In this document: piece after piece, positions 1 to 9,316 of the stretch
How the letters are laid out: each line of letters starts with the position of its first letter
How positions within the stretch are numbered: the first letter of the stretch is position 1
Source of the DNA: an uncultured Rhodothermales bacterium
GTDB taxonomy: Bacteria > Bacteroidota > Rhodothermia > Rhodothermales > JANQRZ01
Assembly (NCBI GenBank): GCA_964438105.1
Contig: CAYTJT010000002.1
Span: 1-42,176, forward strand
Length of the DNA: 42,176 nucleotides
Direction of reading: 5' to 3'
Position numbers and translations under genes: made by a program
Notes under the pieces: model-generated
What the model saw: only the letters and a program-made list of their open reading frames with translations
What the model was told of the DNA's origin: nothing
Databases searched by the model: none

Positions 1-645
1 GCGCCGCTCATCGGGTTCAGCGGGGCGCCGTGGACGCTGATGGCGTACATGATCGAGGGCGGCGGGAGCAAGAATTTCTCGAACAGCAAAGCCTGGCTCT
101 ACGCCCACCCCGAGGCCAGCCACGAGCTCCTGCAAGCCACGACCGACGTGATCGTCGAGCACCTCTCGGCGCAGGCCGACGCTGGCGCGCAGGCGCTGCA
201 GGTCTTCGATTCGTGGGCGGGCACGTTGGCGCCGTACCACTTCTCCAGCTTCGCGCTCCCGTACCTCCAGCAGGTCGCCGAGCGCGTCAAGGCGCGCCAC
301 CCCGACGTGCCGCTCATCGTCTTCGCGCGCGGCGCGCACTACGCCCTCGCCGCCCTCGCCGAGACCGACTACGACGTGATCGGGCTCGACTGGACGATCA
401 TCCCGCAGGCCGCCCGCGCGATCGTCGGCGATGCCGCAGCCCTCCAGGGCAACCTCGACCCGAGCGCGCTCTACGGCTCGCCCGCCACGATCCGCGCCGC
501 CGTCAAGCTGATGCTCGACGGCTTCGGGACGCAGGGCTACATCGCCAACCTCGGCCACGGGATGCACCCCGACCACGACCCCGACCACGCCGGCGCCTTC
601 GTCGAGGCCGTGCAGGAACTCTCCGCCGAACTCGTCGAGGGATGA
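1..645 (+). CDS. hemE: Uroporphyrinogen decarboxylase, 5' end outside window
   Basis: Frame open from base 1: PLIGFSGAPWTLMAYMIEGGGSK, QVFDSWAG, LQGNLDP, IANLGHG are URO-D motifs. Confidence 0.96.
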   Translation, partial: APLIGFSGAPWTLMAYMIEGGGSKNFSNSKAWLYAHPEASHELLQATTDVIVEHLSAQADAGAQALQVFDSWAGTLAPYHFSSFALPYLQQVAERVKARHPDVPLIVFARGAHYALAALAETDYDVIGLDWTIIPQAARAIVGDAAALQGNLDPSALYGSPATIRAAVKLMLDGFGTQGYIANLGHGMHPDHDPDHAGAFVEAVQELSAELVEG

Positions 646-655
646 CCCAAACACG

Positions 656-1624
656 ATGTTAGACGACCACCACCGCGCCGATCGACTCCGCCAGCACCCC
701 CGCACCGACCGCTCGATGGGGGAGCGGATGCAGCGGTTCGTCGAGGCCCTGCAGACGCGGATCATCAAAGCGTTCGAGCGCATCGACGGGGCGGCGACGT
801 TCGGCGCGGACCGCTGGGAGCGGCCGGGCGGCGGCGGCGGTCTAACCCGGATAATCAGCGACGGCGACGTGTGGGAAAAAGGGGGAGTTAGCACCTCCGC
901 CGTCCACGGCCAACTCCCCGACCGGATGGCGCACTCGTTCGGCGTCGAGTCGAGCCCGTTCTTTGCGACGGGCATCTCGCTCGTGATGCACCCGCGCAAC
1001 CCGTACGTGCCGTCGGTCCACGCCAACTTCCGCTACTTCGCCCTCGGCCCCGACCTCCTCGACCCCATCGACCAGTGGTTCGGCGGCGGGGCGGACCTCA
1101 CGCCGTACTACCCCGAGCGCGACGACGCCGAGCACTTCCACCGCACGTGGAAACGCGTCTGCGACGAGCACGACGCGGCCGACTACCTCGTCTTCAAGCG
1201 GCACTGCGACGAGTATTTCTACCTCCCGCACCGCGAGGAGTCGCGCGGCATCGGCGGCATCTTCTTCGACTACCTCCGCGACGATCCCGAGGGCTCGTTC
1301 CTGTTCGTCCGGCAGGCCGGGCGGGCGTTCCTCTCGTCGTACCTCCCCCTCGTGGAGCGGCACCGCAGCCGGCCGTTCGGCGAGCGGGAGCGGGACTATC
1401 AGGCGCACCGCCGGGGGCGCTACGCCGAGTTCAACCTCGCCTTCGACCGCGGGACGAAGTTCGGGCTGGAGACGGGCGGGCGGACGGAGAGCATCCTGAT
1501 GAGCCTGCCGCCCCGCGTGCGCTGGAGCTACGATTGGACGCCGGAACCGGGCACGCCCGAGGCCGAGGCCGCCGCGTTCTTCCGCCCGCACGATTGGCTG
1601 GGGGTGGATGGGGAAGGCGGTTAG
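656..1624 (+). CDS. hemF: Oxygen-dependent coproporphyrinogen III oxidase
   Basis: EKGGV, GISLVMHPRNPYVPSVHANFRYF, WFGGGADLTP, RGIGGIFFD, RGRYAEFNL, ESILMSLP. Confidence 0.96.
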   Translation: MLDDHHRADRLRQHPRTDRSMGERMQRFVEALQTRIIKAFERIDGAATFGADRWERPGGGGGLTRIISDGDVWEKGGVSTSAVHGQLPDRMAHSFGVESSPFFATGISLVMHPRNPYVPSVHANFRYFALGPDLLDPIDQWFGGGADLTPYYPERDDAEHFHRTWKRVCDEHDAADYLVFKRHCDEYFYLPHREESRGIGGIFFDYLRDDPEGSFLFVRQAGRAFLSSYLPLVERHRSRPFGERERDYQAHRRGRYAEFNLAFDRGTKFGLETGGRTESILMSLPPRVRWSYDWTPEPGTPEAEAAAFFRPHDWLGVDGEGG

Positions 1625-1833
1625 GGAAGCCGACCCGCCACTCGTTCCGACCCTCCGCGGCAAAGCGCTGAAGTGGCAGGGTTAAAGCTGAGGGGACAAC
1701 TCACCGAAACTTCGAGTCGGGAGAGGAACGGCGAGCGGCAACTTGCACTTAATTGTGCACCGAGCGCCGCGAATCTCACGGTCGAGACGCATCGACACGC
1801 GGCGTATGACGGGGGACTAAGCTCTAGCAGACG

Positions 1834-3120
1834 ATGAACGCACGGGAATTCTTGAAGGTCTATCGGTACGACGAACGCCTCATCACGGGGGGGTACTTCC
1901 CCCAAGACCCCGTGGAGGTCGAGGCGGGCGATCGCGTCGGCGTGGTGATGATGAACCTCGGCGGGCCGATGGCGGAGGAGGACGTGGAGCCGTTCCTCTA
2001 CAACCTCTTCATGGACCCCGCCATCATCGACATCCCGCTCCCGAAGCGCCCCCGCCACTGGCTCAGCCGCTTTATCGCGAGCAAGCGCTCGAAGTCGGTC
2101 GGCGAGGACTACAAGGTCATCGGCGGCAACTCCCCGATCAACCGCCTCACGAAAGAGCAGGCCGAGGCGCTCGAAGAGCGGCTCAACGTCCGCTTCGGCC
2201 CCGTTACCGGCGCCACGTTCCGCACGTATGTCGCCATGCGGTTCTGGAAGCCGTTCAGCGAGGACTGCGCGCGGCAGATGAAGGAGGACGGGATCGACAA
2301 GGTCGTGCTGCTACCGCTCTACCCGCAGTATTCGAAGACGACGACGGGCTCGTCGCTCGTCTACTGGAACGCGCTCGGAGAGGCCGGCGAGATCCCGGCG
2401 TGGCCCACGTCGCTCGTCTACGAATACGCTTCGCACCCGCTCTACGTGCAGTCGATCTCGGAGCGCATCGACGAGGGGCTCCAGCGCTTCCCCCGCACCG
2501 TCCGCGACAAGGTGCACCTGCTGTTCTCCGCGCACGGCACGCCGGTCAAGGAGATGAAGTCCCGCCGCGACCCGTACTGCTGCCTCGTGCACTCGACCGT
2601 GCAGGGCGTGATCAACGCGCGGAAAGACGACGACCGGCCGTTCCACGTCGCCTTCCAGAGCAAGGTCGGCCCGGCCGAGTGGCTGACGCCGAGCACCCCG
2701 GACAAGCTCGAAGAACTCGCGCAGGACGGGGTGAACTCCGTGCTCGTCATCCCCGTCGCCTTCGTCACCGACCACATCGAGACGGCCTACGAGCTCGACA
2801 TCGAGGTGCGCGAGGAGGCCGAGGAGTTCGGGATCGAGCACTACGAAGTGACGTCGGGGCTGAACTGCCACCCGCTCTTCATCGAGGCCCTCGCCGAGTC
2901 CGTAGCGGCCCAAGTCACGACGACGCGCACGGTCGAGGGCGACGGCGTCGCCGAGGCCCTCCCGCAGCCCATCCCGACGCTGCCGCGCCACAAAGCGAAG
3001 GACCGCACCGTCCGCTGCCACCAGTGCGAGTGCATCACCGAGGCGCGGTGCTGGACCGAGCAGCCGACGGCGCCGCCCGAGGCGGTGCGCGTCAGCCCGC
3101 GCGATCAGGGCACGGCATGA
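1834..3120 (+). CDS. hemH: Ferrochelatase with Cys-rich C-terminal extension
   Basis: MNLGGP, LPLYPQYSKTTTGS, LFSAHG, FQSKVGPAEWLTP, FVTDHIET; tail CHQCECITEARC. Confidence 0.95.
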   Translation: MNAREFLKVYRYDERLITGGYFPQDPVEVEAGDRVGVVMMNLGGPMAEEDVEPFLYNLFMDPAIIDIPLPKRPRHWLSRFIASKRSKSVGEDYKVIGGNSPINRLTKEQAEALEERLNVRFGPVTGATFRTYVAMRFWKPFSEDCARQMKEDGIDKVVLLPLYPQYSKTTTGSSLVYWNALGEAGEIPAWPTSLVYEYASHPLYVQSISERIDEGLQRFPRTVRDKVHLLFSAHGTPVKEMKSRRDPYCCLVHSTVQGVINARKDDDRPFHVAFQSKVGPAEWLTPSTPDKLEELAQDGVNSVLVIPVAFVTDHIETAYELDIEVREEAEEFGIEHYEVTSGLNCHPLFIEALAESVAAQVTTTRTVEGDGVAEALPQPIPTLPRHKAKDRTVRCHQCECITEARCWTEQPTAPPEAVRVSPRDQGTA

Positions 3121-3695
3121 GCGAGCCCGCGCGCTCCCCGACGCCCGACGCCCCGCTCGTAGCTCCGCTCTCGACCCACCTCCTGCGGACGCTCGCGGCG
3201 GTGCAGGTCCAGAGCCGCGTGCTGGACCTCGGCTGCGGCCGGGGGCACCACGCCGAGGCCCTCGCCCGGCTCGGGTTCGACCTCTACGCCTGCGAGGACG
3301 AGGCGGACGCCGTCGAGTCCGCGCGCGACCGCGTCGCTGCCGTTCTCGGGCAGGGCGAGGCCGAGCGCCGCGTCACCGTCGCCCGCCCCGGTGCGCTCGG
3401 CTACGCCGACGACTTTTTCGACTGGGTCGTGGCGTACTGCACGTACGACGCGGCCGCGTCGGCGGCCGATCTGAAGGACATGCTGGCCGAGACCCGCCGC
3501 GTACTCAAAAACGGCGGGTGGGTGTTCGTCGCCTTCCGCCGCGCGCTCGCCGGCCCCGACCTCTCGCCCGAAACCCTCGTCAAACTCTTCGCCGAAGCGG
3601 GCCTAGCGCTCGCCGAGGACCCCGCCGAGGACGACGACGGCGCGCCCATCCTCCGCGCCATCTTTCGCAAGGTCGACGCCACCACGCCGTTGTAA
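3117..3695 (+). CDS. Class I SAM-dependent methyltransferase
   Basis: ATG at 3117 overlaps the hemH stop (ATGA); motif I VLDLGCGRG, FFDWVVA, RRVLKNGG. Confidence 0.85.
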   Translation: MSEPARSPTPDAPLVAPLSTHLLRTLAAVQVQSRVLDLGCGRGHHAEALARLGFDLYACEDEADAVESARDRVAAVLGQGEAERRVTVARPGALGYADDFFDWVVAYCTYDAAASAADLKDMLAETRRVLKNGGWVFVAFRRALAGPDLSPETLVKLFAEAGLALAEDPAEDDDGAPILRAIFRKVDATTPL

Positions 3696-3696
3696 G

Positions 3697-4512
3697 ATGG
3701 TAAAGCCGCGAACTCCAGATGCGTTTGCAGCAATAATTAAGACGGCTGCGAACATTTCGAGAGCTACAACTGGTGGAGAGGTAGCTCATCAAGCTCAAGC
3801 CGAAGCCTCGCTCTTTTTACTCAAGAACCTGCTGTCCTGCCTGAGCATCCGGAGAATCAGTGCCCCAGTCAGGGACGCACGAGATCCTGTCCAGGCGCCG
3901 TATTACGATTACAGCTCTATGCAGGTGCTAGTGCGTAGCCTCGCGGAGGGCTACGTGAATATGTACAACCTATTGATAGCTCCTGATTCTCCCGAGGAAC
4001 TTGATTTCGGAATGTTGAGGTGGGAGTTGCATGGACTTGTAGAGCGTCAAAGAGTTGCGGGGCAAATCAACTCCAAGCATCCCAAGCTAGTCTCGGAAGC
4101 AAAGCGCATTGACAAGCTTAGGAGCAGAATTGAAGCTCATCAGATGTATAAGGCATTTGGGCCGAAGCATCAGAAAGCCATTCTGGAGTCGAAAAGCTGG
4201 ACAGACCTTTCTTTTGATAAGCTTGCTGCACGCACTGATATCCACCCATCGTGGACGAATGCTACCTACAAGTATCTATCAGGATATGCACATGCACAGC
4301 GGCTCTCACTCCTTCAGGTTGGATCAATAAGAGGCTCTGAGGAGGCGAGGCAGATGATGAGAGTCCCTTTGAGTTACGCCGAATTGTACCTGAGCCTCAC
4401 AGTGCTCCAATTTATCAAGTGCTGTCCACAGTGCTCAAGTTTAGTCGATAACGAAGGCGCTTATCTGTGCGGCTATTGGGATTTGTTGAGCCGAGAGAGC
4501 ATTAATCCCTGA
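3697..4512 (+). CDS. Low-GC foreign hypothetical protein, DUF5677-like
   Basis: 271-aa ORF with many A/T-ending codons unlike its neighbours; VRSLAEGYVN and YKYLSGYAH motifs. Confidence 0.7.
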   Translation: MVKPRTPDAFAAIIKTAANISRATTGGEVAHQAQAEASLFLLKNLLSCLSIRRISAPVRDARDPVQAPYYDYSSMQVLVRSLAEGYVNMYNLLIAPDSPEELDFGMLRWELHGLVERQRVAGQINSKHPKLVSEAKRIDKLRSRIEAHQMYKAFGPKHQKAILESKSWTDLSFDKLAARTDIHPSWTNATYKYLSGYAHAQRLSLLQVGSIRGSEEARQMMRVPLSYAELYLSLTVLQFIKCCPQCSSLVDNEGAYLCGYWDLLSRESINP

Positions 4513-4556
4513 GGATCTGAACGCGAGCTTGTTCTAACCATACTTCCTTGCCACAT

Positions 4557-5921
4557 ATGACTCTTCATAACAGCCGCCGTCTCTTCGCCGAAGCCCAGCA
4601 CGTCATCCCCGGCGGGGTGAACTCGCCCGTGCGCGCGTTCAAAAGCGTCGGGGGAACGCCCGTGTTCATCGAACGCGCCCAGGGGGCGCACCTCCGCGAC
4701 GCCGACGGCAACGACTACATCGATTACGTTGGGAGCTGGGGGCCGATGCTCTTCGGCCACACGCACCCCGACGTGGTCCGCGCCGTGCAGGAGGCCGCCA
4801 CGCGCTCGACCTCGTTCGGCGCGCCGACCGACGTCGAGATCCGCCTCGCCGAGCTCGTCGTCGAGCTCGTGCCGAGCGTGGAGAAGGTGCGGTTCGTGAA
4901 CTCCGGCACCGAGGCGACGATGAGCGCCGTCCGCCTCGCGCGGGGCTACACCGGCCGCGACAAGTTCATCAAGTTCGAGGGGCACTACCACGGCCACGGC
5001 GACTTCTTCCTCATCGCCGCCGGGTCGGGCGCGATGACGCACGGCGAGCCGAACTCGCCCGGCGTCACGCCCGGCAACGCCCGCGACACCCTCCTCGCCA
5101 AATACAACGACCTCGACTCCGTCCGCACGCTCGTCGAGGCGCACCGGGGCGAGGTGGCCGCGATCATCGTCGAGCCGATCGCGGGGAACATGGGCTGCGT
5201 CCCGCCCGAGCCGGGGTTCCTCCAGGGCCTCCGCGACGTGTGCGACGCCCACGGGATCGTGCTCATCTTCGACGAGGTGATGACCGGCTTCCGCGTGGCG
5301 CCCGGCGGCGCGCAGTGGCTCTACGACGTCGTGCCCGACCTCACCACGCTCGGCAAGATCATCGGCGGCGGGCTGCCGGTCGGGGCCTACGGCGGCAAGC
5401 GCGAGATCATGGACTACGTCTCGCCGAGCGGCCCCGTCTACCAGGCCGGCACGCTCTCCGGCAATCCGCTTGCGATGCACGCAGGCTACGTGGTCCTCCG
5501 CAAGATTCTCGACGATCTCGACGTGTACCACCGACTGGGCGAGTACGGACGCGTGATGGAAGAGGGCACGCGGCGCACGCTCGACGCGCTCGGGCTCGAC
5601 CTCTACACGACGCGCGTCGGCTCGATGGGGTGCCTGTTCTTCACCCCAGCGCGCGTCGTCGACTTCGCCGGCGCGCAGCGGTGCGATACGAAGCGCTACG
5701 GCCGGTACTTCCATGCGATGCTGGAGGAGGGCGTCTACCTCGCCCCGAGCCAGTTCGAGGCGTATTTCATCTCCGACGCGCACGGCGCGAAAGAGCTCGC
5801 CGACACGCTCAACGCGCAGCGCCGCGCGCTCGAAAAAGCCTACGACCCCGACTGGACCCCCGCCGCCACCGTCCCCGCCGACGCGCCCGTCGACGAGCAG
5901 GAAGACCCGGCGCTCGGCTAG
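4557..5921 (+). CDS. hemL: Glutamate-1-semialdehyde 2,1-aminomutase
   Basis: IPGGVNSPVRAF, NSGTEATM, KFEGHYHG, FDEVMTGFR, LGKIIGGGLP, YQAGTLSGNP; ATG at 4557 preferred. Confidence 0.97.
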   Translation: MTLHNSRRLFAEAQHVIPGGVNSPVRAFKSVGGTPVFIERAQGAHLRDADGNDYIDYVGSWGPMLFGHTHPDVVRAVQEAATRSTSFGAPTDVEIRLAELVVELVPSVEKVRFVNSGTEATMSAVRLARGYTGRDKFIKFEGHYHGHGDFFLIAAGSGAMTHGEPNSPGVTPGNARDTLLAKYNDLDSVRTLVEAHRGEVAAIIVEPIAGNMGCVPPEPGFLQGLRDVCDAHGIVLIFDEVMTGFRVAPGGAQWLYDVVPDLTTLGKIIGGGLPVGAYGGKREIMDYVSPSGPVYQAGTLSGNPLAMHAGYVVLRKILDDLDVYHRLGEYGRVMEEGTRRTLDALGLDLYTTRVGSMGCLFFTPARVVDFAGAQRCDTKRYGRYFHAMLEEGVYLAPSQFEAYFISDAHGAKELADTLNAQRRALEKAYDPDWTPAATVPADAPVDEQEDPALG

Positions 5922-7645
5922 TCCAGCGGGAACCGCTTGCTCTGGCGGTAGGGGAAGATGTCGACGAGCACCTGATCCCGCTGCTTGGCCTGCATCCGCC
6001 GCCAGAACGCCGGGTCGAGCAGGTCGCCGTGGTGCTCGTGGAAGACCTCGTTCATGTCCTTCGTGAGGCCGAGGAACGTGCCGATCTCTTCGGGAAAGAC
6101 GTCGCCCGGCGCGACGTAGAACCACGCCTCGGCGCTCATCATCTCGAACTCGTCGCGCGGCTTGGGGAGCGTGCGGAAGTTGAACTCGCCGAGCGTGCCG
6201 AGCTCGTCGTAGTCGTAGAAGATCACGCGGCCGTGCCGCGTCACGCCGAAGTTCTTGACGAGCATGTCGCCGGGGAAGATGTCGGCGGCGGCGAGGTCCT
6301 TGATCGCCTCGCCGCAGTCGATCACGGCCTCGACGGCGGCCTCGCGGTCGACGTCTTGCAGGTAGAGGTTGAGCGGGGTCACGCGGCGCTCGGTGTAGAG
6401 GTGGTCGATGACGACGCTGTCGCCGCGGACGTGCACGGTGCGGGCGGCGACGCGGAGGAGCGCCTCGAGCACCTCGGGCACGAACTGGTCGCGCGCGAAC
6501 TCGAGGTGCTCGTAGGCCTGCACGTCGGCGAGGCGGCCGACGCGGTCGTGCAGCATCACGAAGCGGTACTTCTTCATCACCTCGTCGCGGGTCGTCTGCT
6601 TCGGCGGGTCGAACCGGTCCTTGATGATCTTGAAGACGAAGTCGTAGCCCGGCAGCGTGAACACGGCCATCACCATGCCCCTCGTGCCGCGCGCGAACTC
6701 GAAGCGCTCGTCGGCGCGGGCGAGGTAGGCGCAGAGGTCGCGGTAGAGCTCGGTCTTGCCGTGCTTCGTGAAGCCGAGCGAGATGTAGAGCTCGGCGACG
6801 CGCTTGAGCGGCATCAGCGTCTTGAGGAAGCGGACGAGCGCCCACGGCTGCTCCGTGAGGACGTGGAAGTAGGAGCGGGTGAACGAGAACACCATCGACG
6901 TGGCGTTCTGCGTGAGCAGGACGGTATCGACGCGGAGCCCGCCCTCGGGGGCGTGGAGGAGGGGGAGGACGAGGGGGACGAGGGCCTCGCCCGCGCGGAT
7001 GCGCCCGATGAGGTACGCCCCTTTGTTGCGGTAGAACACCGGCGCGAGCATCTCCACGCGGTCGATGGGGGCGTCGCCGACTTCGGCCAGACACGCGTCT
7101 ACGTGCTCGGCCACGCGCGCGGCGTCGCGGTCGAGGTTCTGGAAGGGCACGCCGAGGCCGAAGCGGTTCAGCACGGTCGTTACGAGCGCCGCCGTGTCCT
7201 CGCCCGCTGCGGCCTCCTCCGTCCAATAGCTGATCGGCGCCTCTTGGGACTCCGGCACCGTGAGCCCGTCGGCGACGAACTCGATGTAGGGGTCCACGCC
7301 GACGGTCGAGAAGACGCGGCGGGTGATGGAGTTGTAGAAGGTCTCGGCGAGCTCGGCGTTGGGGCGGTCGCGCCGGGCCCGGGCGTAGGCCTCGCGCGTG
7401 GCGGCCCAGCGGTCGCGGTCCTCGACGTCCTCGCTGAAGAGGTTCCGGATGCGGCGGAGGGTCTGCTGGACGTGCTTCTCGTAGAGCGCGAGGCGCTCGC
7501 GGTCGTCCTCGGCGGCGGCGTGCCAGGCCCGTTCGGCGAAGCGCTCGGCGGCGCGGGTCGTGAGGATCTGGAACGCGTCGTGGTAGGCCTCGAACCCGCG
7601 GTCGATGAGGCGGGCGGCTTCGAGGGGAGCGGCGTCAGGAGGCAT
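5918..7645 (-). CDS. aceK: Isocitrate dehydrogenase kinase/phosphatase
   Basis: AETFYNS, FYRNKGAY, FSFTRSYF, KHGKTELYR, VFKIIKDRF, HDRVGR, IFPGDMLVKNFGVTRHGRVIFYDYDE. Confidence 0.95.
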   Translation of the reverse strand: MPPDAAPLEAARLIDRGFEAYHDAFQILTTRAAERFAERAWHAAAEDDRERLALYEKHVQQTLRRIRNLFSEDVEDRDRWAATREAYARARRDRPNAELAETFYNSITRRVFSTVGVDPYIEFVADGLTVPESQEAPISYWTEEAAAGEDTAALVTTVLNRFGLGVPFQNLDRDAARVAEHVDACLAEVGDAPIDRVEMLAPVFYRNKGAYLIGRIRAGEALVPLVLPLLHAPEGGLRVDTVLLTQNATSMVFSFTRSYFHVLTEQPWALVRFLKTLMPLKRVAELYISLGFTKHGKTELYRDLCAYLARADERFEFARGTRGMVMAVFTLPGYDFVFKIIKDRFDPPKQTTRDEVMKKYRFVMLHDRVGRLADVQAYEHLEFARDQFVPEVLEALLRVAARTVHVRGDSVVIDHLYTERRVTPLNLYLQDVDREAAVEAVIDCGEAIKDLAAADIFPGDMLVKNFGVTRHGRVIFYDYDELGTLGEFNFRTLPKPRDEFEMMSAEAWFYVAPGDVFPEEIGTFLGLTKDMNEVFHEHHGDLLDPAFWRRMQAKQRDQVLVDIFPYRQSKRFPLD

Positions 7646-8525
7646 GGGCAGGGGGGGGAGGGGTGGCGGTGAGGCGCTCGCCGCAGCGCCGGCAGAAGAC
7701 GGCGTCGGGCTCGTGCCGGTCCAGCGTGCACGCGGAGCAGGTGCGCACGGCGCCGCCGTACTGCGCCCGCGTCAGCTCCGACGTCACGATCCCCGTCGGC
7801 ACGGCGATGATCGCGTACCCCATGATCATGATGAGCGCCGCGATGAGCTGCCCGAGGGTCGTGCCCGGCGAGATGTCGCCGTAGCCCACGGTCGTGAGCG
7901 TCACGATCGCCCAGTAGATCGAGCGGGGGATGTTGTCGAACCCGTTCTGCCCGCCCTCGACGACGTACATCAGCGAGCCGAAGATGACGTCGAGCGTGAG
8001 CACGGCGAGGAGGAAGACGAGGATCTTGCGCCGGCTGGCCCACAGCGCCCGCCCGAGGAGGTTCGCCTCGGAGAGGTACTGGACGAGCTTGAGGATGCGG
8101 AAGACGCGGAGGAAGCGCAGGAGGCGGATCACCAGGAGCACCTGCGCGCCGGGGAAGAGCAGGCTGAGGTAGGACGGGAGGATCGCCAGCAGGTCGATGA
8201 TCCCGAAGAAGCTCCGCGCGTAGCGGCTCGGCCGGTCGACGCAGAGGAGCCGGAGCGCGTACTCGACGGTGAAGAGGACCGTGAAGACCCACTCGGCGAC
8301 GCGCAACTCGAGCCCGAACTCGGCCCGGATCGAGCTGACGGTCTCGAGCACGACGGCGAGCACCGACAGCCCGATCACGCCGATGAGCGCCATGTCGAAG
8401 CCGCGCCCGGCCGGGGTGTGGTGCCCGAAGATGACCTCGTAGAGCTTCGCCTGCCAGTGCGTCCGCGTGTTCGGCTCAAGCCTGCGGGGGAAGACGTTGC
8501 TGTCGGTGGGCTTGATGGGAGGCAT
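7635..8525 (-). CDS. Voltage-gated-type potassium channel (ion transporter) with C-terminal CxxC..CxxC
   Basis: S4 segment RLLRFLRVFRILK, filter TTVGYGD, tail CSAC..CRRC; ATG 8525 chosen. Confidence 0.9.
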   Translation of the reverse strand: MPPIKPTDSNVFPRRLEPNTRTHWQAKLYEVIFGHHTPAGRGFDMALIGVIGLSVLAVVLETVSSIRAEFGLELRVAEWVFTVLFTVEYALRLLCVDRPSRYARSFFGIIDLLAILPSYLSLLFPGAQVLLVIRLLRFLRVFRILKLVQYLSEANLLGRALWASRRKILVFLLAVLTLDVIFGSLMYVVEGGQNGFDNIPRSIYWAIVTLTTVGYGDISPGTTLGQLIAALIMIMGYAIIAVPTGIVTSELTRAQYGGAVRTCSACTLDRHEPDAVFCRRCGERLTATPPPPAHAS

Positions 8526-8679
8526 AGGGGGCTTCGGGAACAGAGGACCCCACAAAGATAGCGGGCGGGCGCTTGCGTGAGAGCCGGTATTCCGACCCTC
8601 GAACTCGGCCTCACGGTCCCGTGTGCCCGGGGAGGAGGCCTGCCTGTTCCAGCAAAACTACTCGCAGGGACGCGGGACC

Positions 8680-8967
8680 CTAGCCTCGAACCTCGACGGG
8701 CTGGCGATGCCGCACGGCGTCGGCCAACGACTTGTAGGCGGGGGCGTGGGTCGAGGTGCCGGAGCGGAAGGCCGATCCCACGTGCTCTTTCATGACGCCG
8801 GACTGCTCGGCGAAGGTGGGTCGGACCTCGGAGCGCCAGTGGCGGCGAAACGTACGGCCCGTGTTGCCGGACCGGCTGGCGGCCCAGTAGCCCATCCACC
8901 TCAGCGTATCCCAGACGCCAGATGTGTAGTGGACGTGGTCGGCGGATTTGAAGCGAGAGCGTGACAT
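8680..8967 (-). CDS. Small basic hypothetical protein (95 aa)
   Basis: MSRSRFKSADHVHYTSGVW...; third codon positions mostly G/C; no recognisable family. Confidence 0.4.
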   Translation of the reverse strand: MSRSRFKSADHVHYTSGVWDTLRWMGYWAASRSGNTGRTFRRHWRSEVRPTFAEQSGVMKEHVGSAFRSGTSTHAPAYKSLADAVRHRQPVEVRG

Positions 8968-9123
8968 GGCAGGCACCGTTGCACTTGCCATACCTACGCC
9001 GGATGCGCGCCAACGTTGCAGGGGATTGGAAACGTAAGGTTCCCCTAACAGGTCGGGCACCGGGGGCGAGAACAGAGCGCGCCGCTTTCGGCCGGGCGCC
9101 GTATCACGTCGTCCAGAAACTAG

Positions 9124-9153
9124 AAAGCCTCCCTGCGCAGTGCAGGGAGGCTT
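9124..9153 (-). terminator. Intrinsic terminator downstream of tRNA-Met
   Basis: Perfect 12-bp stem aagcctccctgc/gcagggaggctt with a 5-nt loop and a short T run on the minus strand. Confidence 0.75.
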
Positions 9154-9173
9154 CGGGAAAAGCAGAGGGGGTG

Positions 9174-9247
9174 TGGCGCGGGAGAGACTTGAACTCTCGA
9201 CCTCCGGGTTATGAATCCGACGCTCTAACCAGCTGAGCTACCGCACC
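9174..9247 (-). tRNA. tRNA-Met (CAT), probably elongator; CCA not encoded
   Basis: GGTGCGGTAGCTCAGCTGGTTAGAGC..TTCATAA..GTTCAAGTC..CCGCGCCA cloverleaf with a paired 1-72 position. Confidence 0.93.
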
Positions 9248-9287
9248 GGCTCGGGGAGACGACGGGCGCCTCCCGAAAGCAGAGCAA

Positions 9288-9316
9288 AAGATAGCGCCGT
9301 ACGCAGCGCGGTTCAA
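9288..9316 (-). promoter_or_regulatory. Sigma70-type promoter of tRNA-Met
   Basis: Minus strand TTGAAC-N17-TATCTT(TTG). Confidence 0.6.

Noticed and set aside
8966-8984. Sigma-54 promoter (TGGCA...TTGCA)
   Set aside because: GG-to-GC spacing is 11 bp rather than the required 10
9174-9247. Initiator tRNA-fMet
   Set aside because: Position 1-72 is paired and the anticodon stem lacks three consecutive G-C pairs; tRNA-Ile2 cannot be fully excluded without a covariance-model search
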